Of a stretch of DNA of 64,000 bases, positions 1 through 19,386 are shown in pieces. The DNA is taken from NCBI RefSeq assembly GCF_009914755.1, contig NC_060927.1. One strand, 5' to 3'. The notes below the pieces were generated by a model. The model was not told the origin of the DNA and did no database searches. It was given only the letters and a program-made list of their open reading frames with translations. The DNA comes from the human T2T-CHM13v2.0 reference genome, Homo sapiens. The translations under genes and the position numbers were made by a program. Positions within the stretch are counted from its first letter, which is position 1. Each line of letters starts with the position of its first letter.

Positions 1-549
1 ACCGTCTCTCCTGCCCCCAAGGCTACTGAGGCCCACAGACCTGGGGGGCGTTTTCATCTGATTTTCACTCAAGGAAACAGCCACATCCTGACGGAAGCCA
101 AGTTGGAGGGAGGTCTTTAGCTCACCCTTCCCAGCCCCCTAGTTCTTGGGGGTTGGGGCGGGGCTCTGATAGCCTTCAGTTAACAGGGGAGGAAGCTTCC
201 AGGCTTAGGCAGACAGCCTGCCTCCACCAAGCCCCAGGAGCCTTCTCTTCTTGGCTGTGGGGGACTCTCAGGTTGGGCCCACCCCTTTGGGTCTAGAGAA
301 AAGTCTCCCCTCACACAGGCCTCTCAGGGCCCATATCTAGTCATCCTGTGTGGGCAGAGAGGGGCTCACTGCCCCAGGACTAACTGGATAGTGACCACCA
401 GAACGAGGCTGGGCCCAAAATCTTGTACCCGCTTCTCTCAGCTAAGACATGGAAAGAACAGGCTAGTGTGAGCGGCCATCACAGATGCCAGGCAGGAGGG
501 CTGTGAAGCCCAGATTTACCATCGCTAGCCTGGGTTTGCTTGCTGCTGC

Positions 550-995
550 CATGACCACCACCGACCACCACCATTGTCACATTTCCGTTTCTACCACCAT
601 CACTGTTTCCATCTCTACCATCGCTATCTTCATCTCAACCACCCTCTCTGTCTCCACTATTATCACCACCTCCACACCCACCACCATCAGCATCTCTATC
701 ACCATCATCTCCACCTCAACCATCACCTCCAGCTCCACCGTCATCACTATGCACCGCCCCTGCCGCCTCCACCATAACCACTGCTTCCATCTTTACTACC
801 ATCACCAACTACCTCCGCCAGTATCACTACCGGCATCTTCATCCAACAACTGCCCTCTCTGCCATCATCACCACCTCCACCAGTATCACTACCTTCATGA
901 CAATTATCACCACCATTTCTACCACCACTGCCCCTCTTACCTCCCCTGACACGTCTAACCACCGCCAGCACAGTACCCCACCCACCCCAACCTCT
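550..995. repeat. (CACCAT/CAC)n degenerate low-complexity tract
   Basis: Iterated cac/cat/atc triplets; gives rise to the His/Thr-rich ORFs at 485-949 and 574-777. Confidence 0.9.
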
Positions 996-1029
996 GTCCA
1001 TTCGAATCCATCCATGCTACCTATAACAT

Positions 1030-2570
<1,541 letters not shown>

Positions 2571-3469
2571 TCCCCAATGTCTTCAGTTTGTGAGTAGCAA
2601 ACCGAGTCAGGACCTGCTCCCCAAGGCCTCACAAACCGGGCAACCAGAATGGGGAGGGGACCAGCAGCTGCATTTGGCCTCTGATACCCAGAGTGTGGAT
2701 GGGGTCACTTACCAGGAGTGTTTGGTTACCATAAGGGGCTCCTTCCATTCACAGACCCATTTCCTCGTTCTCAGACTCCCTCATTCCCTCATTCCCTCCA
2801 GAACCTCTGTGTTAGTCTGGGGTCCTGCCCGCTGTGGGCTCACGGGGCACATGAGCCTTCTTGAATATTAGGTCAATAATGGCCTGGTGCAGTGCACCAG
2901 CTAGTAATATACACAGAAATCAGGTTAATGACGTAGAAGGTGGTAAGTGCAAGGCATGTAGACAGTGGTGTGGGAGCGATGCGCTCTGCCAGTCTACTGC
3001 AGGAGGCTGCTCCACAAAAGCCATATTCCAGCAGGGTCTTTACATTTAGGAATGTGTTTGCCAGGAAGGGGGATGTAGAGGAGCATTCCAGGCAGAACAG
3101 GATGTGCAAATGCAGAGAGGGCCATCTGGGACTGGCCACGTCAGGCAAACGGAGTCTCCAAACCCCATGAAAGCCTGTTGTCTTTCCAACCCTCCACTGG
3201 TCTGGATGGATCACGTCAAGATGGCTCTGGGAAGGGCCCTTTCAGTGCCTCCCCAGGGGCGCCCAGTGCTCCCAGAGCCACCTGCTGTCAGCTCCAAACT
3301 TGCCTGTTGAGTGAAGGCTTTCTCCATCCAGCCTGGCCAGTGCTGACTGGAGGCTCCAAACCTAGTCCCTTCCCTTCCCCCATGGCTACGACAATAGGGA
3401 CGCTCTGAATCTTCCCTGCACTCCGCCCTGTTTTCTTCCCCCCAGCATCCAGCTAAGCATCCTCTACAT

Positions 3470-4035
<566 letters not shown>

Positions 4036-4039
4036 CTGG

Positions 4040-5200
4040 AAGCTTGATGAAGGGCACCGACTGAATGAACAAAAATGAGGAAGGGCCTTTGTAGATTCCT
4101 CTTCTGCATCTTCCATGTTCCTTTGGAGCCAGTGTTTTGAATGTATAGAAAGTGCGCTGGTCAAGATGTGAGTTTGAATGCAGGCTCTTTCGTCCGTGTG
4201 TGCGGGTCTCAGATCTATCCACACATCTTGCTGAGCCCATCCTGTTTGGCATTTTTGCGCATTGAACACAACTGACCACTCCCCATTATTTACCTCTTCT
4301 TCCTTGGGCCTCAGACGATGTCCTCCAGCCCAGCACTTCTCCCATATTTCGCCTTTCCTTCTTAGTTTCTGGAACTGGAAACTTTTCTCCTGACCAGCAC
4401 TCATGTCAGTACCCTCCAGGCCTCTGTTCCCGGCTTCCTCTCTGCTTCTTCCCACCTTGTCATATTCAGTTTGTTTCCTTTGGATGACCCATCTAGTTCC
4501 ATAGATTTGAGGGCCAAACTCTCCCTGGCCCATCTCTCCTGAAATCTGCATCCACATAGTCAAGGGCCTAAAGAACATCTCCATCAGAAACTCAATGATG
4601 TGGCTGGGCGCGGTGGCTCACGCCTGTAATCCCAGGAGGCAGGAGGATCACCTGAGGTCAGCAGTTCGAGACCAGCCTGGCCAACATGGTGAAACCCCAT
4701 TTCTACTAAAAATACAAAAATTAGCCGAGCATGGTAGAGGATGCCTGTAATCCCAGCTACTCAGGAGGCTGAGGCAGGAGAATCGCTTGAACCCAGGAGG
4801 CAGAAGTTTCAGTAAGCCGAGATTGTACCACTGCACTCCAGCCTGGGTAACAGAGCAAGCCTCCATCTCGAAAAAAACAAAAAGAAACTCAATGTTGCCA
4901 CATCTGAGCTCACTTTTTCTTCCCCCAAACTTCTTCCTCTTGGGGTCTCTGTCTCAGTGACTGCCTGTCACCTAAGCCAGCAGCCAGAAGCTGTCTTGAG
5001 TCTTTTGCCCTCCCGCCCCTACCTCCATATCCAGCCCCTTAAGCAGCCTTATTCCTGATGGTACCAGCACCTTCCTCCAGCCCTGTCCTACTCTGCTCCA
5101 ACATCTGCTATAGCCAGGCCATGGTGTCCTCCTTCTGGGTGACGCCTGCAGCCTTCTCAATTGTTCCACACCTTTAGATTCTCCTACCATCCATCTACCA
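4040..5200 (+). mobile_element. L2 LINE relic (RT region) interrupted by an Alu
   Basis: gaccactccccattatttacctcttcttccttggg and later pyrimidine-rich blocks resemble the L2 ORF2 DHSLL..SSLG segment and 3' region. Confidence 0.6.
4602..4886 (+). mobile_element. AluS SINE with short left-arm deletion
   Basis: Alu dimer lacking the cactttggg segment; TSD agaaactcaatg on both sides. Confidence 0.92.
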
Positions 5201-5204
5201 GGAT

Positions 5205-5830
5205 ACCTTTTTAAAAATTGAGGCATTACTTGAATACAATAAGATGTGCATATTTTAAGTGTACAGTTTGATGATTTTTTGTTTTTTGTTTTTCAGATGG
5301 TGTCTCACTCTGTCACCCAGGCTGGAGTGCAGTGGCACAATCTTAGATCACTGCAACCTCCCCATCCTGGGTTCAAGTGATTCTCCTGCCTCAGCCTCCT
5401 GAGTAGCTGGGATTGCAGACACCCGCCACCACCCCCAGCTAATTTTTGTATTTTTAGTAGAGACGGGGTTTCACCACGTTGGCCAGGCTGGTCTTGAACT
5501 CCTGACCTCAGGTGATCTGCCCTCTTCAGCCTCCCAAAATGCTGGGATTACAGGCGTGAGCCACCGCGCTCAGCCTGATGAATTTTAATAAATATATTGC
5601 ATCCGTGTAGCCACCACCCCAATAAAGATAGAGAAAATTTCCATTATCTCTGTGAATGTTCCTTAGAATCCTTTTCAATCAATCCCCTTTCCCATGGGCA
5701 ATCTCTCTTCTGATCTCTTCCCTAGATTAGTTTTGCCTCTTCTATAGAAATTCTTACAAATGGAATCATATAGTTTGCATTGTTTTGGTCAGCAAAATGC
5801 TTTTGAGATTCCTTCACATTGTCATCACAA
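5205..5830 (-). mobile_element. L1M 3' end fragment interrupted by an Alu
   Basis: ttttaagtgtacagtttgatga...agattagttttgcct...aaatggaatcatatag is typical L1MB/ME 3' UTR in antisense. Confidence 0.7.
5275..5575 (-). mobile_element. AluSx-like SINE
   Basis: Full dimer; TSD tgatga(a/t)tttt. Confidence 0.93.
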
Positions 5831-6450
5831 TCACTTAAAAGTGAGTATTTATTTAAATTAGTCTCCTATTAAAACTTTTCATTGGCTCCCCGTTATCCAA
5901 ATTCCAGGCCCCTGAATGATCTGGACTCATCTCACACACTGCCTACCCTTGAACTTTCACCTTTAGGAATACTGAGCCATTTGTTCACCTGCACAAACGT
6001 AGCTTTTCATGGGTTGAGTCCTGCAGCTGGAATCCCTTAACTCCTACACAGTTTGCCTGGTGCACTCCTACTCATCCGGCAGCATTCCGCTCACATGTAG
6101 ATTGTGTGAGGCTTTCTCTGACCTGTTCCCACCCCCAGGACAAAGAGTCTGTCAGCTGCACTATAATGGACTGTGTCCACTATTCTCGACACCCAGAACC
6201 CCTGCCCTGCATCAACTGAATGGATTCCTTTCTCGGTGTGAGTGCTGTGTCTTGCATGTCATTTATCATTGTGCCCACTGCACTGTATGTGTTTATGGAC
6301 TTGTGTAACCCCTTAGCTATGCTCACTTAGCTATGCTCAGAGGGATAGAAAGATTCATTTTGTTTCCAGAAATTCTTCCCGTGGAAGACAGTCATGCTGC
6401 CTACCCAAGAGCCTACCCAAGAAGTACTCCACTGTGCAACTGAACCATCA

Positions 6451-7450
<1,000 letters not shown>

Positions 7451-7959
7451 TTTTGTGAGTAAACTTTTTATTTTGGGATAATTGTAGAAACTGTAAATCT
7501 TCATGAGATTATAAAGCACTTGATGTCCAGATGATGGTGCAGACCCATCTGGAGCTGTCCTCTAGCGTGGCCGTAGCATGTCCACTTAGAGTGTGCCTCA
7601 GGGAGCTTCTGCCTTCTCTCCTTGTTCCTCAGTCTTCGGACCTCTCAACCCTCCCTTAGGAAAAAGAAAAGGGCTTCCTCCTCTGGGCCTCTGAGTCAGG
7701 CTGTCAATCAGTCCATTCCATCCAGCTTTACCCCACTGGAGTAGGGGGAGAAGGCTTCAGGTCCCAGATTATCTTCTTAACAACCCATGAAAAAGGCATT
7801 GTTGCTCCATTTTGTAGAAAAACTTAGTCATGTTAGTAAAAAACCTGATCAAGATCGCACAGTCAGTAACAGAGGAGCCCCACAACCTGGTCTTCCCAAA
7901 CTCACCATCTTTATACCTCAAAATGTGACCTCCCTTGGGCTTAAATCATGTCAGTATCA

Positions 7960-8410
7960 AGCAGGTGGTGTGCACGTTGCTTTGGATGGCAGCCATGAAA
8001 ATGCCCCATCAGATCTCCTACTGCTGGGAGTGTCATCGACCAAGGCCACGGCTCCTAAGGCCATGCTTCCCATGGGCTTCCTGCCACCCAAGGCTGAGCA
8101 CAGCAGGGGCGCTAAGACAGGACCAATCTTGGGAGATGCAGGGCTGCTCTGAGGACATCGTTAGCTCAAGGACTCCCAGTTGGTTTGACCGGAACTTTCC
8201 TAGAGCTGTGCTGAGTCTGAGACTTTGCTCATCCAACCCTCCTTCCTTCTCCCTCTTCCTGGCAAGGGTCAGACCCACAGCCTGGTCTGAAAGTTCCCGC
8301 CTCTGCTGGCTCATTTCCCTTTTCCCCTCGCAGATATTTTCCCCAGTAAATCTCTTGCATATCTAATCTTGTCTTGGGATCTGGCTTCTTACAGGACCTG
8401 AACTAATGTG
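7960..8410 (+). mobile_element. LTR16-like ERVL solo LTR
   Basis: 3' end ccccagtaaatctcttgcatatctaatcttgtcttgggatctggcttcttacaggacctgaactaa matches the LTR16 terminus. Confidence 0.75.
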
Positions 8411-9464
8411 CTTTGATTTTTAACCCTCCAAATTCAACCTGGCAACCTGTCTGTAAAGCACCTGGCACATACTAGGTTCTCTTCTCTTTTCCTCTCAGAG
8501 TGTGGGTGTTAACAGTGGCCATGCTGTGAGGCTGTTTCTGTCTCCAGTGGGAGCAAGGTGGACTGCCCTGTGACCAGGAGAATATGCACATACCAGAAAA
8601 CCTATGCCTCCTGAGGTTCAGAGAGGCTGAGGGACTCACCCGAGGCCACACAGCTCATGCCTGAGTGCCCACACAGATACACACACATGCATGGGATGGG
8701 GAGACAAAGTTAGGGTGGAGAGACAGGGTCAGGATGTAGTGTGGGGCAGACAAAGGGCACGAGGAAAGCAGCCCCTTCCTGCCCCTCCCTGCTGACTTCC
8801 CAGGCTGGTCTGTATGTTTTGGTGTCATGGCAACTGGCTGTGGGGGCTGTACGTGGAAAGTGAAGCTTAACCTTAAGACACTGTGGGGAGCTAAATGAGC
8901 CTAAAAGATATCAGGTCCATGATTTTCCAGCCTCCCAGCCTTGCTCCAGCCTGGAGATACTGCCAGCCCATGCCAGCCCTCGGTCATCAGGAAATGCCTT
9001 TCTCTACTTACTCTTACTGCCTATCCTGCCCATTGGGCTCACCTGCAATCATTATACTAACTCTGACTCTGGAATCCTCTCTTCTCTTCTTGTTTGTCTA
9101 AATCCTCTCTCTCTGTCAGGGCCGAGTTCCAGTCCCACATTCTCTGGAAGCCTTCCCCGGTTTCCCTAGCCCATGTAGCTCTTTTCTTCCTCTGATCGCA
9201 GCTAGCAATCCCTGCACTATCTGGAGCACTCACGTTATGGCATTTCAACTTTGTCTCCACGCAATTCAACAAGCTCCTCATATGGGCTGGACATCCTGCT
9301 GAGTGCTGTATGTTCCTGTGGGTATCTTGGGGGCTAAATCTACTCTAGGCTTGTTAGACTTCGGACAGGGAGCAGCTGACCATCTAGCACTTATGGACCA
9401 TTTATGACAAGGAGAGGCTCCCATCAGCTCCCAAACTAGGCAAGACAGAGGGTGCAGGTGGTAA

Positions 9465-9630
9465 CTTGTTAGAGCCTTGGACTCGGAGTCCAGACAGGCC
9501 ACTGTCTGAGTCTTGTTTTTCTAAGCTATAAAATGAGGATGACAGTACCTACCTCACAGACTTGTTCTGAGGACAAATGATATGATGAGATAATATATGT
9601 AAAGTAGCAAACACAGTAATTGATGTGCTA
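9465..9630 (+). mobile_element. MIR SINE
   Basis: ctataaaatgaggatgacagtacctacctcacag...gagataatatatgtaaag is the MIR core. Confidence 0.75.
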
Positions 9631-10427
9631 GTTGTTTGCTTTTTCCATGCCAGTGGCCCCTGCCTCCACCCCATAGCCCCTGAGTCTACCTAAATACAAA
9701 CACTGTGTTCCCTTTGGGGCTGTTCAAAGAACTCCCTGTCTTGGATTGTAGAATTAAATAGGAAGAGGCTTGCCCTCTAGAAGCTCACCATCAGGTGCTT
9801 CTCACGCTTGCTCTCACTGAATCCTCCGCCAACTCTGGGACAGGAAATAGTATTCCTGTGTCATAGATGACTGAGCCGGGGCTCAGGGAGGTTGAGTCAG
9901 ACTCAGGCCTGAGACAGATGATAAGCCCTAAGCAAACAGGCAGCCATTGGGTGAGAACACTTTATACTGTGCAGGTGTCAGCTCTGTCCAAATAATTCTT
10001 TAAATTCAAAAAGTAATGCCAGGCAAAATCACAACAGGGTTTTTGGGGCAGGGCGGGGGAGAGATTTAACAAGGCCATTCTAAAACGAATCTGGAAGAGT
10101 AACTGTGTCGCAATAAACAAAAAATATTTGAAAAAGAAGTACAATGAGGGGAGACTTCCCCTATCAGATATCAAAACACTACCAAGCTGTACTCTTTAAA
10201 ATCGTGTGCTGGCCTGAGACAAGACAGATGGATCAATGTCACTGAACAGAGAGCTGAAAAAGGGGTTCTGCATTAAGAGGAATTCAGTGTGTAATAAAGT
10301 AGCATTTAAAAGCAGCAGAACAAACTTTCAGTTATAAGATGAATAAATTATGGGGATCTAATGTATAGCATGGTGACTATAGTTAATTATACTGTATGGT
10401 ATACTAGAAATTTGCTAGGAAAATCGG

Positions 10428-10747
<320 letters not shown>

Positions 10748-10766
10748 TAGATCTTAAGTGTTTTCA

Positions 10767-10767
<1 letters not shown>

Positions 10768-10808
<41 letters not shown>
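10768..10808. repeat. (CA)n microsatellite
   Basis: About 20 perfect CA units. Confidence 0.95.
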
Positions 10809-10811
<3 letters not shown>

Positions 10812-11561
10812 GGTAACTGTGTGATGAACGTGTTAATTAGCTTGATTGTGGTAATCATTTCACAATGTAATGTATATCAAATAATCACGTTGTAGGCCTT
10901 GAATATATACAATTTTTATTTGTCAATTAGACCTCAATAAAGCTAGAAAAAAGCAATCGGGAAAAGAGGGATTCTTCAGCAAGTATTGTAGAGACAATTG
11001 GCTATCCTTGTGGAAAAAAACCATAAAGTTAGATTCGTGCTTCACACCATTCACTGAAATAAATTCCAGATGGATTAGAGAGCTCAATGTAAAAAAAACA
11101 AAGCTATAAAACTATTGAAAGAAAATATAGGAGAATTTGTTTATAACCTTGGGGTAGGAAAGGCTTCCTTTAGCAAGACATAAAACACAGAAACCATAAA
11201 GGAAAAGATTGCTAAATTTGATTATGTCCAAATTCAAAACTGGTGTATAACAAAAGACGCTGTAAATACTGTTAAAAGACAAGTGACAGACTGGAAGGTA
11301 TCTAGAACATATGCAACAGAAAAAGATTAATATTCAGGATCTGTAATGAATTCCTACAATAACAAGCAAAAGATAAACAACCCCAAAGAAAAAATGGGTG
11401 CTGGGAATGGAATAGACAATTCACCTAAGAGGAACTGCAGATAGTCAATAAACATATGAAAACGTGCCCAGCCTCACTAGTAATCAAAGAAATGCAAGTA
11501 AAAATAACGCCAAGTTAATGGTTTTCACCTGTCAGATTTGCAAAATTTAAAAGAGATTTGC

Positions 11562-11913
<352 letters not shown>

Positions 11914-12000
11914 CTAAGGGCAATGAATACCTTCGTCACCATTGGTAAGAATGGAAATTGTCCTGGCATTTGCAGAGTGTGATCTGGCGGTACCTACTAA

Positions 12001-12469
<469 letters not shown>

Positions 12470-13095
12470 TAAATACATCTTTGAATGTGTACACTAGTAA
12501 TGATTTTCTGGGGACCAAGCAATGAGAGAGACCTTTATATCCTGAAATGAAAAGGTCTCATTACAAGAGAAAAACAGGTCACAAAACAATATGGATCTGT
12601 TTGTATAAACATGGATGCGCACTTCACAACCGTGCATGAGAAAAGATACTCTAGAAGGTACCTACCAAACTGACACTCCCTAGGGAGGCGACTGGGACTG
12701 TGTGAGAGCCAAGGGGGGCTTTATCTGAACTATTTAACTTTTTTACAGTGCGTATGTATATGTGTTGTACTTATGTAATAATAATAATGCATTTAAAATA
12801 ACTTGAAAGACCAGCTGTCACTCAATGCCTGGCAGCTTTATGCCTCTACTTCTCAAGCCCTACTCACTGCCGGTGCCCTGGACCTGTAACTTAGATCCTG
12901 TGCCTTGTTCCTGATTGTCCCCATCCCTGACCCCTCGCCACCTCCATCATACTAGGCTCTTAGTCTGGGTTCTTGGCCTGTGCCGTGTGGCCTTCTTGAT
13001 TCCTGGTGCCTATCATGGGTTGGGAATAAGGGAGAATTGGACATGGTCATATGGCCCCAGGAGAGTACATGGTCCAGCAAAAGAAGAACTTCAGA

Positions 13096-13453
<358 letters not shown>

Positions 13454-13687
13454 CTAGAGCAGGTGACGTTTGAGCTGGGACTTGAAAGCAGGATAATTTT
13501 AATCCTAAACCCCACCTCAATTATGTTGAAAACTACATAACACCATCACAGAAATTTTGAATAATGGAGAGAAAACAATTCACCCATAATTTCACTGCCC
13601 TAACCCAACAACTTTTGTAAATTCCCTTCAATTCTTTGTCCACAAGACACTTATCATTTAAGTATACAATCCAAATAATACATTTGA

Positions 13688-13786
13688 TTATATATATGTG
13701 TATATATATATGTGTATATATACATGTGTATATATATATGTGTGTGTGTGTATATATATATATATATACATATACACACACACACA
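13688..13786. repeat. (TA)n/(TG)n/(CA)n compound microsatellite
   Basis: Directly visible. Confidence 0.9.
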
Positions 13787-13787
13787 C

Positions 13788-13918
13788 TTTTCTTTTTTTT
13801 TTTCAAGAGACAGGGTTTTGCTATGTTGCCAAGGCTGGATTTGAACTTCTGGGCTCAAGTGATCCTCCTGCCCCAGGTTCCTCAGCTGGGATTACGGGTG
13901 TGCTCTGCTGTGCCTGGC
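13788..13918 (-). mobile_element. FLAM/AluJ left monomer
   Basis: Single Alu monomer with gggctcaagtgatcctcc (J-type), inside an antisense L1M relic at ~13500-14230. Confidence 0.8.
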
Positions 13919-14399
13919 TGGTTGTTGTTGTTTAGTATAACATCATATCACAGCCTCTTTTTACATTACTAAGTGATATGTATCGTCATCATCTGTTAAT
14001 GACTATGGAATTTGCCATCCAGTGAGTGTGCTTCTGATTTAATTACCTATTCCCCTATTGTTGGCTGTTTAGGTTGTTTCTTATTACTAATGCTGCAATG
14101 AACATCCTTGAGCATGTAGGGTCTTTCCCCCCCCGCTTTTAGGTTATTTCCTTGGAACAAATAAACTCTCAGAAGTGGAAATACTGGGTCAAAATTTATG
14201 AACACTTTTATGGCCCTTGAAACATGTTGCCAAATTGCTTCTAAAAGTAGTTTCAGAATACACTGAGGGCTTTGTTAGGCAAATATGAGAGGTATAGAAA
14301 TTGAATGGGGGTCCCAATTCCAAGAAACAGCATGTATAAAGGTGCATTGACCAGGACAGACTTCTGCAATTTATCCTTTGAATACCATGACACGGCCAA

Positions 14400-15005
14400 G
14401 ATGTAGAATTTTATGGCAGATTCTGCTGGTTGGCAAACTAAGAAGCCGTTCACAGTCTCCTTCTTTCATGTTATTCTCCCACCATAGAAGGTAAAAGCCA
14501 GATAATCTCTTGCCCAGCTTCTTTTGCAGCTAAAAGTGACCATGTGACTCCATTTTGGGCTCGTGGAAGAATTCTTTCCTTCCTTTCAGGTTTTTAACCA
14601 GTTTATTAAATCTTTGAACTAGGAAGTTGAAGGTTTTTAATATCCCAATTAAAGGGGAAAATGTCATTGATGCCATCTCTCTTTCCTCCTCCTGCCCTGA
14701 ATGCAGATGTGATGCCTGGAGCTGCGGCAGCCACATGACACCTATAGGGTTGGACAAGCGTTAGCACAAACAGGCAACACAGGAGGGTGAGAGAAAAGAG
14801 ACAGAAAGACCCTGGTTTCTTGATATCACCATTTGAGTGGCTGAATCAATACCATCGACCTCTAACTTTTTATTATGTGGGAGAAGTATTTGATTATTTG
14901 ATAATCATTATTTGATAATTGGGGGGGTAATTATCCTCCCTATTTGATTAAACCCTTGTTAGTCAGATTTTCTGTTACTTGCAGTCAAATGCTTCCTAAC
15001 AGAGG
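14400..15005 (+). mobile_element. ERVL/MaLR solo LTR (LTR33/MLT1-like)
   Basis: gatgtgatgcctggagctgcggcagccac...cagattttctgttacttgcagtcaaatgcttcctaac. Confidence 0.7.
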
Positions 15006-15299
15006 CAAGGCTCCACCACCTTGCCCTGTCTCTCTCAGATAGCACCTGGGATTCAGATTCCCGTCCTGATAGAGTTTAAGTTTTCTCTCGGAACTGGTGA
15101 CTTGGATTTCCACAGCTCAAGACATTTACCACCTGCCCACCTGTAGTGTGGGTGGAATCCTCTTTCTGATGCTGGATGCTCCCAACAGCCCTCAGAGTCT
15201 GAGAGCTGCTTCTATAGTCCCTGAGCCTTGTTTGTTTTTTCAAGAGCAGCTTGAAAAAGGACCTTGTGTTCAAGATACACTGTTGCTGGCTCCCTTTGA

Positions 15300-15716
<417 letters not shown>

Positions 15717-15830
15717 TAATCTCTCTGAGTATCAGTCTTCTCCTGTAAATAGGGATGCCAGAGTTGCTGGAAGATTTAGAACTGCCAATCTGGTAACATG
15801 GTAAGGGCCTAATAAATGTCTTCCATTTGA

Positions 15831-16185
<355 letters not shown>

Positions 16186-17047
16186 TCATGTAGCAAAACT
16201 GGGGATAGACTCTAGCGTGTGGAGCCTCTGTCAAGGTGCCTTCCAATAGCATGTGGCCTCCTCTGTGGACACCTGATGCTGGGAGTGACGCAGGTTCTGC
16301 CCTGCTCAGAATAGAAATTGCAGACGGGGGTTGTCCCTGGGCAGGCAACTCTAGGCTACTCTGGGGCTGGGTTTAGCACGTTCTGAACAGGCTCCCAGGG
16401 GAAAGAAGGAACGTCTTCTTCCAGGCTCTGGGGACTGCAGGGCCTGCTGAGACCTTGGTGCTGCTCCTAAGCCCCTGGAGGTAGAGCCAGACCTCCCCTG
16501 CATCCCTCCAAGTAGCCAGAGTCAAGGTCAACCTGCTCACTTCCCTCCCACAAAGTCTGCAGTGTGGGGGTGGGGGGTGGGGGTGGGAAGCAGCCCCGGT
16601 CTCTCCTGCACATTCCCAGCTGACAACTTGACAACTACAGTACCCGAGCCAAAATTAGGACATGGCTCTGTCAAAGGATTCTTTCCATGGCTGAATATAT
16701 TTATTTGAAAGTTCTTATCAAGGAATAAAAATGAAATCTGCCAGAGGTTTAATGAATCACCTTAATTTGAAGGAACACAAATATGGGCAAACAGGGTCAT
16801 CTCAGACAGGCTGAATGATGTCAGGAGAGACCTCCTTCTCCACGGCTGAGAGGTAGAAGTCTTCGGCCCAGGGGCAGAAGGAGAGAGGTGGAAGGGGGTG
16901 GGCCCTGGTCAGAAGTTACTTGCCTTGAACAAATTCTCCAAAACTAGCAGCTTTTCAACAATTTTTGAAGGGATTGTACAGGCCTATTGATTAGTGAAAC
17001 CAGAATGAAAAGATGTAAATGGATACAGTGTGAAAGTGAGTCTGGGG

Positions 17048-17328
<281 letters not shown>

Positions 17329-17330
<2 letters not shown>

Positions 17331-17339
17331 AAAGAAGGA

Positions 17340-17407
<68 letters not shown>

Positions 17408-17543
17408 GAAAGAAAGAAGGGAAGGAAGGAAAGAAGGGAAGGAAGGATGGAAGGAAAGAAAGAAGAAAGAAGGAAAAGAAAGAAAGAAAGAAAGGAAAGA
17501 AAGAAGAAAGAAGGAAAGGAAAGAAAGAAAGAAGAAAGAAGGA

Positions 17544-17589
<46 letters not shown>

Positions 17590-17592
17590 AAG
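17329..17592 (+). repeat. (GAAA)n/(GGAA)n polypurine tract from the Alu tail
   Basis: About 260 nt almost entirely A/G; source of the K/E/R-rich and F/L/S-rich ORFs. Confidence 0.95.
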
Positions 17593-19191
17593 TCAGTCCA
17601 GGGGCCACAGAGAGCTGATGGTGGGAGGGACACAGTGTTGTTTTACTCACTCACCCCTGCCCCCAGTTTACTGGCAGAGCAGGTCCTGCACCTACCCTGA
17701 CCCTTTACCTGTGTAATTATCCAGCTCTGCACTGGGGGGAGGCCAGGTTCCTACCCTGCACAGACAATTTCCATTTCCCTTCCATAGCCACCTGCAGCCT
17801 AAGGCAGGGAAGGAAGGGAGAGAGCGGTGTGAGGCCTGGGAAGGACCCTCTTCACAGCAGCATAGCAAGCTTATTCCGAGGGTGTTTCCACCAGCCCAGA
17901 ATAAGGTTGGAACCCCCGTAAGCCTGCTCATCATTGCACTGCTTTAGGGGACATGTACCCCCAGTCCCCTCACTCACCTGTGTTTGGATGCCTTCTGGTT
18001 GTGACTTGGCCCCTGCAGGCCTCCGGAGAAGAGCCCATCGAAGGACAGCTTGTCACCTGACACGAGGGGAAGACAGGGGGCCCTGGTTGCACATCCTTTT
18101 TCTGCATCTTCCTCTCTGATCTCAGTCAAGGTATGTAGTCTCACTGAGCATCAGTGTCCTCTTCTGTAACAGGGACCTAGTGATTTCTACCCTTTAGGCC
18201 AGATCATACATGCAGAGCCCCGATTTCTTTGTCTGGCACACAGTAGGCCGTTGATAAGTAGTGACCATTAGTATGTAAAAACCATTAAGGCACATAAAAG
18301 TATAAGAGCTAACAACAATAATAATAATTATGGCAATTATCCTGCCCTCCTCCTTACACCCAGGCAGAAGGAAGCCAGGAGGGAGGACGCTGCCGTCCTT
18401 CCAGCCTGATGACTGACTTCTCATAGAGAGATTCTTGTTGTTCTTGGGCAGATGGGCTCTGACTAATTTCCACATTCACTTTCTTCTTGCACAGCGTCAT
18501 TCACACCTAGGAGATGGCTTGACCTTCTTCTCAGCTGGGTAGGGTGCCGCTTCTGCCCCCCATAATAATCAGGCCCCGGAGGCTACCACCTGGGGCTGCT
18601 GGGGGTGACCCATCCCAGCTGCCCTAGTTCCAACGGCCCCGTGAGTTCTCAGCTGCCCTAATCCCAACAGTTCTGTGAGATCTTAGCAGCCCTAGTCCCA
18701 GCAGCCCCTTGAGTGATCCCTTCTTGTCCCTCTCCTGCCCTGCTCAGCTAAAGAAGGACTGAGCTGCTGTGACCCCAAGAAAGGTGCCGGTTGGCATCGC
18801 ACTCAGCACTGACAGCAAGGCTGAGCACGCTCAGAGGGAAGGCGGAGAAGGCCCCCGCCTCCTGCTCACGGCCTACTGTCTCCACAGGCCCAGGCTGCAC
18901 GGGCAGGACCGCGGCTACATGTCTGCAGCCTGGCTTAGCCTCTCAGCCGAGCCCCTCTCTCCTCCCCCACCTTCTCCCGCCTGTCGGGGGTAGGGAGTGA
19001 GGAGGGGATCTTAATTTCTCCTGCTTCTAATCAGCACCGCTGGGAGCATCAGCCTGCAGGGGGAGGAGGAGGTGAAAGGCCATGGGCCTAATCTACAAGC
19101 CACCCAGTCACCAGCGCCCAGCTTCCCTCCTCACAAGCCATGGAGCAAACAAATTATTTTTGTTGTTCCTGGGAAATCTGCAAGTACTTAC

Positions 19192-19386
19192 CCGTGTGAT
19201 TAGCATCTGTGCCTCATGCCGGCAGTTCAGGTGAAGAGGCCATGGCTACCCGGTGCCAGGCCGCCTGTAATCAAAACCAAAGCGGCGGCCAGGGTGCTCT
19301 CTGGCAACGACGATGTCAAACTCAATCTGGCCCTCACCTGGGACAGCTTCTCTGGGAGCCCTATGCACGTTGAGGCCTCGGTAGCT
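19192..19386 (-). other. Candidate non-coding (lncRNA or 5'UTR) exon, 195 nt
   Basis: Minus strand reads ccccttcctgcatttatttcag|AGCTACC...CACACGG|gtaagt. Unique, CpG-retaining sequence with stops in all three frames. Confidence 0.5.
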
